A stretch of 64,000 nt of DNA, from IMG/VR virus record IMGVR_UViG_3300033463_000061, positions 27,112 to 91,111 of that record. One strand, 5' to 3'. The notes under the pieces were generated by a model. It was not told the origin of the DNA and did no database searches. It worked only from the letters and a program-made list of their open reading frames with translations. Made by a program: the position numbers and the translations under genes. Below, piece by piece: positions 18,539 through 26,882 of the stretch. Source of the DNA: a virus. Its lineage: Duplodnaviria; Caudoviricetes. Position 1 is the stretch's first letter. Every line of letters begins with the position of its first letter.

Positions 18539-19225
18539 TTAGTCTTCGTACTGGCATTTGCCTTTGCAGTATAGCTCGCAGTCTGGCTTGCACGGGCTGC
18601 AGTACCCGTTGACCCGGTTCGGGCAGTTCTCGTGGCGCATGTTCGCGGCGACCCTGTCGTTGCGTTTCCGCGCCGCGGCAAACACGCCTTCGCAGCCCTC
18701 GCCCTCCTGGGTGACGACCGCGATCCCGGGCTGCTCCTCGGAGAGCGCGTCCGCGATCGCGACTATGTTGTCTGCGAAGGCCTGGGCGTAGATGCGTGCG
18801 AACTCCTCGCTCCGCCCGACCACCTCCTTGGGGTTGGTGGCGGACAGCTTTACGCGAAACCCGGAGGGGTTGGCGCTCCTGCGGATGTCCACGCGCACGA
18901 ACGTCACGCGCCCGCGATCGAACTTGCGCTGTGCGGACGTCTTCTTCTCGCCCTCCTTGGGCGAGGCGTACTTGACGTCGCTGTTGTGGCTCATGAGCCC
19001 GTGCATGCACCTGCGCATCCGGTCGAGCAGCTCGACGGCGAACGAGATGGTGTCGCCGCGGTCGTCGGACGCAATCTGGACTCCGGGCGTGTTGGCGAGG
19101 TCTTCCCGGGCGAGCGCCTGGTCTATCCGGCCGTCCTTTGCGTAGAACTCGGCCGGATGCCGCATCGCAGGCATGGACAAGAAGCCGGACTCGCCTGCAG
19201 TGGCGAGCCTAGTTGTGATTCTCAT
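18539..19225 (-). CDS. Hypothetical protein with a C-terminal Cys cluster
   Basis: CPN..YCSPC..C..YC..C. Confidence 0.7.
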   Translation of the reverse strand: MRITTRLATAGESGFLSMPAMRHPAEFYAKDGRIDQALAREDLANTPGVQIASDDRGDTISFAVELLDRMRRCMHGLMSHNSDVKYASPKEGEKKTSAQRKFDRGRVTFVRVDIRRSANPSGFRVKLSATNPKEVVGRSEEFARIYAQAFADNIVAIADALSEEQPGIAVVTQEGEGCEGVFAAARKRNDRVAANMRHENCPNRVNGYCSPCKPDCELYCKGKCQYED

Positions 19226-19237
19226 CGTGGTGTCCCG

Positions 19238-20401
19238 CTATGGCTGCGACGGCGCACCGCCGCCGTCCTGCCTCGGGCTGGCCGGTGGCGTCGGAGCCGG
19301 CTCAAGCTCGATGAAGTTGCCCCTGTCCTTGGCCTCTGCGATGCTTCTGTCGACGTCGAGCCTGACGTCGTTTAGCAGCTCCTCGATGCGGTACTGGCTG
19401 TCCGCGATCTGCTCGTCCTTCAGCGTCGGCAAGGTGCCGATCGCCTTCTCGACCGTCGCCAGCGTCAGGTCGTCGTCCTTGTAGACCCAGTCTGCGACGA
19501 AGTACAGGTCGCGGCTCCCCCGGATCGTGCCGAAGAGGATCGGGTCGCGGCGCTTGTGGCGTTCTTCCTCGTCGATCTCCTCCTCCAGGAGCCTCGCGGG
19601 CTTTACGTCCTTGGAGTAGTACATGACGACGTAGTTGTCGAACAGCATGGCGAGGTTGCACTGGGCCAGCTTTACGGCAACGTCGTTCGGAATCACTTCC
19701 GGATAGTACCGGAGGAACTCGACCTGGACGCCGCGCTCGGCCTTCGTGATGAACTCGACGGCCTGCTCCTCGGTGAGGTATCGGCACATGTCGCGCTGCG
19801 CGAGCGCAAGCTTTGCCGCCAGCACGTTGAGGTGGTCCTCGACCTTCTTGGCCATGCCGAACTGGCAGGTCTGCTTGAACCGGTTGACGAGCGATACGGC
19901 GATCGCACGGCTGCGGAGCAGCTCCTCAGTCGTGACGTGGAGCTCGTCCTCCTTGGCTAGGCGGAACGTCTCCTCGACGGACACGCCGTCGCTGGGCGGG
20001 CGTTTGTTCTTGATCCACGACTTGGCCGCCCTGACAGCCGCCCGGAATCCGCCGCGCCGATCTATCTGCGAGGACGAGTCCGTACCAAGCCTGAGCCTTA
20101 TGTAGCGGTTGCGCGCCCATTTTGCCTCGCGGGCCGCCGTCGCGTCAGACACGCGGGCAGGGACCCCCTCGCCCTCGAGCCACCCGTTGCCGGCCGCGTC
20201 GGCCGCGTCGGCAGTCCCGACAACGATGTTCGCAGCGTTTATCCCGGAATCGCTCTTTGCCTCTTCCTCACTGATCTTCTTGTATTTCGGGAGGTCTTCC
20301 TCCACGAAGTACTCCTCGAACACCTTGAGTCTTGGCTTTCCGCCGACGACCGTTATTGACGGGTGGTTCTCCCAGCGGATGCGCTTAACTTTCTTGGCCA
20401 T
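19238..20401 (-). CDS. Conserved phage protein, 'DPILFG' family (paralog 2)
   Basis: Similarity to 7883..9157; AAGGAG RBS before MAKKVK. Confidence 0.85.
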   Translation of the reverse strand: MAKKVKRIRWENHPSITVVGGKPRLKVFEEYFVEEDLPKYKKISEEEAKSDSGINAANIVVGTADAADAAGNGWLEGEGVPARVSDATAAREAKWARNRYIRLRLGTDSSSQIDRRGGFRAAVRAAKSWIKNKRPPSDGVSVEETFRLAKEDELHVTTEELLRSRAIAVSLVNRFKQTCQFGMAKKVEDHLNVLAAKLALAQRDMCRYLTEEQAVEFITKAERGVQVEFLRYYPEVIPNDVAVKLAQCNLAMLFDNYVVMYYSKDVKPARLLEEEIDEEERHKRRDPILFGTIRGSRDLYFVADWVYKDDDLTLATVEKAIGTLPTLKDEQIADSQYRIEELLNDVRLDVDRSIAEAKDRGNFIELEPAPTPPASPRQDGGGAPSQP

Positions 20402-20543
20402 GCGTAGTCTCCTTGTCGGATGGTTGCACTTCATTTCCCGCATCCACGTTCTGCCTGTCGATGTCCGCCTGAGAGAAGATGCGAAGGCTCTGCCTGTCGA
20501 TCTGTATGGCCACAAACGGGCCCATTCCGATTTCAGTGCTCAT
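20385..20543 (-). CDS. Small hypothetical protein (MSTEIGMG...)
   Basis: Translated by hand; fills the gap. Confidence 0.45.
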   Translation of the reverse strand: MSTEIGMGPFVAIQIDRQSLRIFSQADIDRQNVDAGNEVQPSDKETTHGQES

Positions 20544-21129
20544 CCCTCAATATCCTTTCAAGTGCAGAGCGCATACTATCAGGGACGTCGTTCGTCACGT
20601 GTAGTATGCCCTCCTGGTTGATGTTCGTATATGCCGGCACCTGCACCGGCTGCCCGGTGCGTGGCGTGTTATTCGTTACCCCGTACCTCGTATCCGCGCT
20701 CCGGACGCAGTTCGTAAAGTGCGTACAGATGTACAGCACGTCCGGGTTGTACCTCTTCCAGTCGCATCTATGCCCGAGGACAAAATGGCAGTCCCGGCAC
20801 AGCACGATGAGGTTGTCGCGGACGTCCCTGAGCGCCGGGTTGGCGGCTTGCGGCACGATATGGTGCCGGTTTAGGTTCACTGTCCTGTGGCACCACGCGC
20901 AGTCCTTCATCGGGAGCTGCTGGTAGTCCCAGAGAACGGTCGCCCGGTCCTCACGCACCAGTATGTACGCGTCCGGGTGCCCGTCCCCTCGGTCCCCGCC
21001 GCGGCCGCGAATACAGGACCCTACGAAAATCCCGAGCGCCGCGAACGCCGCCGCGATGGCCACCAGCCACATCACGTCAGGCGCCAGCCAGCGCACGTCC
21101 CGCATAAGCGTGCGTATGCTCATCGTCAC
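20533..21129 (-). CDS. HNH endonuclease-fold protein with an N-terminal transmembrane segment
   Basis: CAWC...HHIVP...DNLIVLCRDCH..LGH; hydrophobic WLVAIAAAFAALGIFVG. Confidence 0.8.
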   Translation of the reverse strand: MTMSIRTLMRDVRWLAPDVMWLVAIAAAFAALGIFVGSCIRGRGGDRGDGHPDAYILVREDRATVLWDYQQLPMKDCAWCHRTVNLNRHHIVPQAANPALRDVRDNLIVLCRDCHFVLGHRCDWKRYNPDVLYICTHFTNCVRSADTRYGVTNNTPRTGQPVQVPAYTNINQEGILHVTNDVPDSMRSALERILRDEH

Positions 21130-21806
21130 GTGCTCTCCTTTCCGTCGTCGTCCATGCCGTTGCACGGGTTGCGCCACACGCCACCAGCCCGCTTGACGGC
21201 AAGCGCCACCCCCTGTACGAACTTGTCGTCGCAGAGCGGGCAGTCGTCGGCCCCTAGTTTGTCGTAGTCCGTGCACCCTAGCTTGTACAGCCGGCACCGA
21301 TGGCAGTTCTTGCCCATGAGCGCAGGCCTGTCTCCCGAGAAAAGAGCAGCGGCCTGGTATAGGGTCTCACACCCGAACCAGACCGCCAACTGCGCAGGGG
21401 ACAGAGGACTCAACACGCGGAGCGCCCTGTGCATATAGTCCGTCCCGTACCCCGGCTCGCGTGACCTGCATGCAGTCATTATCCGGCGTACCTGCTCGGC
21501 CGCCTTGTCCTCGGCAGCCGAAAAACGCCACCAGGCCATGGACGACAGGTGTAGCCGCATCGAGTCGTCCTCGACCTGCATCAGAAACGCGGTGCACTTG
21601 TCCGCCGAACACTCGTCAAGGGATCGCAGTTTCCGAAGCTGCCGGCCGCCGATTCGGCTCATGGAGCCTTCGACGTCCCGCCTGCAGTTCATGCAGTGCG
21701 CCATAAGCTGCGCTAGTTCCCTGAAGTCGCGTACCTCCGCGCATGGCGGGCGGATTGTGTTGCATATCCCGGCAAGCGGGGTCTGCTGTGGTGGCGAATC
21801 TGACAT
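21126..21806 (-). CDS. Cys-rich hypothetical protein
   Basis: First ORF after the promoter at ~21850. Confidence 0.6.
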   Translation of the reverse strand: MSDSPPQQTPLAGICNTIRPPCAEVRDFRELAQLMAHCMNCRRDVEGSMSRIGGRQLRKLRSLDECSADKCTAFLMQVEDDSMRLHLSSMAWWRFSAAEDKAAEQVRRIMTACRSREPGYGTDYMHRALRVLSPLSPAQLAVWFGCETLYQAAALFSGDRPALMGKNCHRCRLYKLGCTDYDKLGADDCPLCDDKFVQGVALAVKRAGGVWRNPCNGMDDDGKEST

Positions 21807-21849
21807 GGGTTGGCCTGTTTGTTGTTATGACAGTGTGTTGTTCACGAGT

Positions 21850-21879
21850 ATTATAACATAAAGCCTGCAAGTGTATCAA
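21850..21879 (-). promoter_or_regulatory. Sigma70-type promoter TTGATA-N18-(TGT)TATAAT
   Basis: Consensus -10 with TG extension, upstream of the left operon. Confidence 0.65.
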
Positions 21880-21888
21880 CTGGCCTTG

Positions 21889-22917
21889 TTACACTTCTAT
21901 CCGGAATTTAGACGGGTCGACGCCGGCCGCGACGCATGCGTCGAAGACCTGCGACCATATCTCCTCGCGGGGCGTTTCGCCCGCGTCCTTGTAGCCTTTC
22001 AGCGTGACGAGCACGACGTCTACCGTCGGCCCGAACATTGTACGGAGCCTTTCGGCATCCTTAGAGGCGTCGGGGTCGAGAAGTATAACAATGTGCTTCC
22101 AGTACTGCTGCAGCAGGTCGACCTGCTTGTCGCTGACGTACTTGCCGAGGGTGGCGACGGCGCACTTGCCGACGCGGACCGCGTCGTACACGCCCTCCGT
22201 CACCACGACCACGTCCGACTTGCGGGCGTTGTCGTAGTTCCAGAGGATCTCGCGCTTGTCCATGCCGGGCATGGTGAAGTACTTCGGCGGCCGCTTGTAC
22301 TTCTGCTTCTCTGGGTCCCACGCGAAGCCCATCATGGCGCACCGCGCGTCGTCCAGCTTGTCAGGGTCGTACAGGAGCCTGGACTGCCAGCCTATCGCGC
22401 GTCCGTCCATCACGACCGTCGCGACCACGGTGCTCGTGGTCGAGAACAGGCCGTGCGAGAACTTCCGCCCCTGCGAGCAGTACGCAAGGCCGAAGTCGCG
22501 CCCGAGCGCCCGGTAGTCGAACCCGCGCGCATTCAGGTAGACTGCGCCGGGGTTGTCGTCGCCGACCGTCGCAAGGGGCACGAGCGTACCGGGCTCGATG
22601 TAGCCGAACCTGCGCTCGACCTTCTTGGCCGGCGCCGTGGTCATCGGCACCTTCTTGTTGAGGAGCTTGCGGACCGTCCCCGAGCAGCATCCGCGCCAGC
22701 ACTTGTAGATCCCGCTCACGGCATTTACGGAGAGCTTGTGCTCTCCGCAGATGTAGCAGTCGCAGATGAGCTCGAGGCCGTTGTGGCCGTGAGAGCGCGT
22801 GACAGTCCCGAACCGCTTCGACAGCTCGGACTCGAGCCACTCCGGGTCTGTGATCCGCCACTGCTTTTTGGGCTCGCCGAGTCCCATCATCTGCGCCACC
22901 ATCTCCGCGAGGCCCAT
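21889..22917 (-). CDS. DNA primase (Zn finger plus TOPRIM)
   Basis: CYIC...H..CWRGC; VVVTEGVYDA; LLDPDA; KDAGE. Confidence 0.9.
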   Translation of the reverse strand: MGLAEMVAQMMGLGEPKKQWRITDPEWLESELSKRFGTVTRSHGHNGLELICDCYICGEHKLSVNAVSGIYKCWRGCCSGTVRKLLNKKVPMTTAPAKKVERRFGYIEPGTLVPLATVGDDNPGAVYLNARGFDYRALGRDFGLAYCSQGRKFSHGLFSTTSTVVATVVMDGRAIGWQSRLLYDPDKLDDARCAMMGFAWDPEKQKYKRPPKYFTMPGMDKREILWNYDNARKSDVVVVTEGVYDAVRVGKCAVATLGKYVSDKQVDLLQQYWKHIVILLDPDASKDAERLRTMFGPTVDVVLVTLKGYKDAGETPREEIWSQVFDACVAAGVDPSKFRIEV

Positions 22918-24389
22918 TAGGCACCTCCACCGCGGCAGTAGTGCTCGACCGGGTCTTCTGCCTTGATGCGCGCCATTGTCCGGAGGCACTGCTCCTTCGA
23001 CTGCCAGAGACGCAAGGACGGATTCTGGTAGATGGTCTCTCGCGCGCCGGCGAGCGCCGACTCGCGGGCCTTGAAGCAGCTGAGGGAGAGAAGCCTGTCG
23101 GTCTCAGCCCGCACGTTGCCGCCGGCGCCGTCCATCGTGACCGCCTGCTTCTGGGGGTCGGTGGCCGGCCGTGCAAGCGAGATGCCGAGGTCCAGGTAGT
23201 TCTGAATCGCGGTCGAGTCCGCGATGTCCTCCGGGCCGAGCACCTCCTTGGTCTGCGCCTTCCTGTTCGCCTGCTGCGCGGTCCAGATGACCACGTGGTG
23301 CTTTCTCGCGAGCTTTCCGAGCGCCTGAATCGCAAGCGAGATCGGCTCGTCCGCACGGCTGTTCTTCGTGACGCCCGGAACAGACGCCATGTCTATGTAC
23401 TTCAGCCAGTCGATGCAGACAAGGGCCAGGCGGTCTTCTGGCACGCCTCGCTCGATTCCTTTGCGCTTCCACGCACCGATGGCGCGGTCAATCTGCTCCA
23501 GCTTCATCAGCTCCTTGCCCGACTTGTCGAGTATGCTGAACTTGTCCCAGTATATGCACTCTTTCGACGTGAGCGCCTTGAACCGGGCGGCCGCGTCTGC
23601 CGGCCAGGTCGAAAGCGGCTTCTCGTACAGTCCGATCGGATAGTACCCCATGATCGACTGCCAGCGCTTCCTGATCATCTCCTTCGGGTTCTCCAAGGTC
23701 ATGAACAGGCTGTGCAGGCCTACCGCGTTTGCGTTTGCGGCGAAGTTGATCATGCCGACGGTCTTTCCGAGTCCGGACACGGCGACGAGCAACGCCACGT
23801 TTCCGCGGATGAGCCCGCCGCTCATGTTCGTGTCAAGCCAGGTCAGCCCGGTCGCTATCCTCGGCTCAGGGTGCTCCATGCCCTCGGGGTCAGCCTCGCA
23901 GCCGCTCGACAGCTCGTCTGACGGGTCCACCCCGCACACGGCCTTGGCGTCCGCGTTCGCCTCGCCCATTGCCTCGACGGTCTGGCTCGGCGTCCACCCG
24001 TTCTCCTGCGCAAGTCTTGCGACCTGCTGGATGCGCACGGCCGACAGGAACGCCGGGAGCATGTCGCCTATCCGCACGATCTCGGACTTCGGGAGGCCCT
24101 GCCCGAGGCGCGCGATCAAGTCGGCCACGGCCGGCAGGACGCTTGCGTCGGGCTTGGTGGCGTAGGTGAACTGGGAGTCGCCGCTGAACGCGAGCTCGAT
24201 CTCCTTCGCGACCGACTCGACCGACGGGAGCATCCCGTGCTTCTCGCTGAAGCGTGACACCACGTCGAACACGAACCGGCTCGCGGGGGCGGTGAAGTCT
24301 GTGACGCGGAGGCGCCACGCCGAATGGCACTGGGCGTTCGTCGCCCACGCCACGAGGATCCGCTCCTCGTCGTCACGACTATATGCCAT
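22917..24389 (-). CDS. DnaB-like replicative helicase
   Basis: TGLTWLD..MSGGL; Walker A SGLGKT; TLEN; CIDW; WTAQQANR. Confidence 0.88.
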   Translation of the reverse strand: MAYSRDDEERILVAWATNAQCHSAWRLRVTDFTAPASRFVFDVVSRFSEKHGMLPSVESVAKEIELAFSGDSQFTYATKPDASVLPAVADLIARLGQGLPKSEIVRIGDMLPAFLSAVRIQQVARLAQENGWTPSQTVEAMGEANADAKAVCGVDPSDELSSGCEADPEGMEHPEPRIATGLTWLDTNMSGGLIRGNVALLVAVSGLGKTVGMINFAANANAVGLHSLFMTLENPKEMIRKRWQSIMGYYPIGLYEKPLSTWPADAAARFKALTSKECIYWDKFSILDKSGKELMKLEQIDRAIGAWKRKGIERGVPEDRLALVCIDWLKYIDMASVPGVTKNSRADEPISLAIQALGKLARKHHVVIWTAQQANRKAQTKEVLGPEDIADSTAIQNYLDLGISLARPATDPQKQAVTMDGAGGNVRAETDRLLSLSCFKARESALAGARETIYQNPSLRLWQSKEQCLRTMARIKAEDPVEHYCRGGGA

Positions 24390-24963
24390 CTATCACCCCC
24401 ATCTTCTTCTCGAACGCCTCCATCTTGCTGGCCATTGCCGCGCGGAGGAAGCGGAGCAGGTCCCGGTCCTTGCGCAGGTCCTCGAGCGCCTCCTCGCCCC
24501 ACGCCGCGACGATCTCGTCGCGCATGTTCTCGGGATAGAGGACGCGGAACCAGGCGGGGAACTGCGCGTTTAGCGCGGTCATCAGTATGTCGTCGTCCGG
24601 CTGGCAGGTGGTGGACTGGATCTGGATGACCAGGCCCGTGAAGTAGGCCCATTTCGCCGCCGCGTCGACGCGCTGGTCGTTCTTGTGCACGCGCCAGATC
24701 TCGCTTGCGCGGGCCGAGAGCATGTCGTTGGGGACTATCTCCTCGCCGTTCTTGGGCATGTGCTCCAACACGGTGGTGACGTACTTCTCCACGTCGACCC
24801 CGCTGTCGGCACACTTCTTCGCAATCTTAAGAAACGCTTTCCAGGAGCGGTGATCCGCGTACCGCTTGTTTGGCCAGTCTATTCCGAGTACTGCACGTCG
24901 CGTACCGTAGTACGCGTCGAACGCCCTCATGGCGTCTGCGTACTGCTGTTGGTCGTCGCCCAT
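24379..24963 (-). CDS. Hypothetical protein in the replication cluster
   Basis: Coupled between the SF2 helicase and the DnaB-like gene. Confidence 0.75.
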   Translation of the reverse strand: MGDDQQQYADAMRAFDAYYGTRRAVLGIDWPNKRYADHRSWKAFLKIAKKCADSGVDVEKYVTTVLEHMPKNGEEIVPNDMLSARASEIWRVHKNDQRVDAAAKWAYFTGLVIQIQSTTCQPDDDILMTALNAQFPAWFRVLYPENMRDEIVAAWGEEALEDLRKDRDLLRFLRAAMASKMEAFEKKMGVIDGI

Positions 24964-26492
24964 GGTAACTCCTTTTCGTTTTCAAGGTTGATCTGCTCGA
25001 AACCGAGCGAGTCGTAGATCTTCATGCGTGACACGTCGTCCCTGAACACGGGGCCGGCGGTCTCGCGGCGGGTCTTCGGAGACCGCACCGTGTCCCAGTG
25101 GTGGCGGAACTCGATGATGTACGCCGAGTCCTTGCCGTCGACCTTGCGGCTCGCACGGCCGGGCACCTGCTTCGACACGATCTCGCTTCCGCCGCCTCCG
25201 AGGTTCAGCACCACGCGCAGGTCCGGGAAGTCGACTCCCTGCTTGTAGACGTGCGTCGACACGGCCCTGCGGATCTCGCCGGACCTCATCCTGTCGTAGA
25301 CGTCCCTGCGCTCCTTCGGGGAGATGGCGTGGACGTGCCAGAACGCGGACGCGGGAAACTCGGCGGGGTCGGTGCCGGCGTGGGCCTGCTCGGGGAGCGG
25401 AGACACGCGTGCGTTCGCGCAGCCCCTGAGAACCTGCTCCATGTGTTTCGTGAACTGCAGCATCCCGAGTGCCTGGAGCTCCGCCGGCATGCCGGCGAAG
25501 ATGCGGCCGACCATGTCGTTGAGCGGGCGGTTGTTGTAGACACCCCACTTGTACCGCTGGTCGCGCGTCTTGTACTTCAGGTAGTGCTCGAGCCCGATGT
25601 TCGGCTCGGGGGCGTCAATCCAGAAAACCTTGACGGGGACAAGGCATCCTGCCTTGACCCCGTCCTGGTATGTGAACCGCGCTACGATCGGCCCGAAGAT
25701 GCCCTCGGCCACCGTGTCCTTCCCGTCGAACCTTCCGTCCGGCGTCGCCGACACGCCCCAGAAGCGGGCCTTTGAGAAGCGAAGCAGCTCCTGCGAACGC
25801 GTGTCGGACGCAGCGGCGTGCATCTCGTCCACGATCAGCACGCCTACGTCCTCTGCGTCCAGCTTGTGCAAGCTGTCGAGGGTGATGACCTGGATGTCGT
25901 CGGACGGTTTGCTGCGCCCGGACATGATGAGTCCGACGTTGCGGTCCGGAAGCAGCTTCGTCAGGTCGTCGAAGTTCTTCTGGGTTATGTCCTTGTCGGG
26001 GACAGCGACGACGATCGTCGGCGTGCCGCGCTGCATGAGCGCCTCGTGCGAATAGGCATTGCATAGCGCCTTTATTACATGGGTCTTGCCGAGGCCGGTC
26101 GCGCCGCTCAGGATGCCCCCGCCGCTCATCAGCATGTTGTAGACGAGCTCGAGCTGGTACTCGCGCAGGCCCGTCATGGCCTTGTCCATGTCGGGGGCCG
26201 GCATCGGCGTGCGCCTGTCGACCACCTCGACCTCGAACCCGCTCATATTCAAGTGGTCCTTGCAGCGTTTCGCGAAGCCCGGAAGCGTAAAGCATGTCTG
26301 CGCGAGCTTGCCGTCTGGCCCGGCCCCCGTCTGCAGCGTGTAGAGGACCTCGTTGCTCATCTTCATCTCGCGCTTGTGCGTGCGCTGGTTGAAGACGAGC
26401 TGACGCTTCCAGTAGTGCAGCTTCGCCAGCAGCGTCTCGGGGAACGGACACACGCTTATGAATCCGTCCCCAAGTGTTAGAATAGACTTCAT
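24927..26492 (-). CDS. Superfamily 2 (UvsW/DEAD-like) helicase
   Basis: LREYQ, ATGLGKT, DEMH, SATP, GVDFP, QVPGRASR. Confidence 0.92.
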   Translation of the reverse strand: MKSILTLGDGFISVCPFPETLLAKLHYWKRQLVFNQRTHKREMKMSNEVLYTLQTGAGPDGKLAQTCFTLPGFAKRCKDHLNMSGFEVEVVDRRTPMPAPDMDKAMTGLREYQLELVYNMLMSGGGILSGATGLGKTHVIKALCNAYSHEALMQRGTPTIVVAVPDKDITQKNFDDLTKLLPDRNVGLIMSGRSKPSDDIQVITLDSLHKLDAEDVGVLIVDEMHAAASDTRSQELLRFSKARFWGVSATPDGRFDGKDTVAEGIFGPIVARFTYQDGVKAGCLVPVKVFWIDAPEPNIGLEHYLKYKTRDQRYKWGVYNNRPLNDMVGRIFAGMPAELQALGMLQFTKHMEQVLRGCANARVSPLPEQAHAGTDPAEFPASAFWHVHAISPKERRDVYDRMRSGEIRRAVSTHVYKQGVDFPDLRVVLNLGGGGSEIVSKQVPGRASRKVDGKDSAYIIEFRHHWDTVRSPKTRRETAGPVFRDDVSRMKIYDSLGFEQINLENEKELPWATTNSSTQTP

Positions 26493-26521
26493 GCGACTGT
26501 ACCCTTTTTGATGTGGGATAT

Positions 26522-26551
26522 AGTATACCACAAACCCCGCTGTCTGTTCAA
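26522..26551 (-). promoter_or_regulatory. Promoter TTGAAC-N18-(TGG)TATACT for the helicase/primase operon
   Basis: Extended -10 about 30 nt upstream of the helicase ATG. Confidence 0.55.
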
Positions 26552-26811
26552 CGCCCGTCGGCCGGCCGGTCCGTGTCGAAATCGAGCCCGAGGTCGGACG
26601 TGTATGCGCCGCGGTCCCTGTACATAGTCCACAGCATATACGCCAGCAGGGAAAGTACGACCGGCCACGCAAACCCAGCCACGACAGGCCCCCACACGCT
26701 GGGCCGCTCGTACTCGTCTGCGCACGCTCTCCCGATAAGGTAGAACACGATGAACGCAACAGCCCAGACGATGGCATACACGTAGCACGCCCATGTGAGA
26801 AATGTAAGCAT
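26548..26811 (-). CDS. Small two-TM membrane protein
   Basis: Two hydrophobic segments; AAGGAG RBS. Confidence 0.7.
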   Translation of the reverse strand: MLTFLTWACYVYAIVWAVAFIVFYLIGRACADEYERPSVWGPVVAGFAWPVVLSLLAYMLWTMYRDRGAYTSDLGLDFDTDRPADGR

Positions 26812-26837
26812 TTTGCACTCCTTTTTAAGATGAAACA

Positions 26838-26862
26838 GCCCCTCCCCGCGACGGGGAGGGGC
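26838..26862 (-). terminator. GC-rich hairpin downstream of sbcC (possible terminator)
   Basis: GCCCCTCCCC/GGGGAGGGGC 10-bp stem; only a weak U-tract (TGTTTC). Confidence 0.5.
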
Positions 26863-26882
26863 ATTTCCGGCGTACAGGCGGG

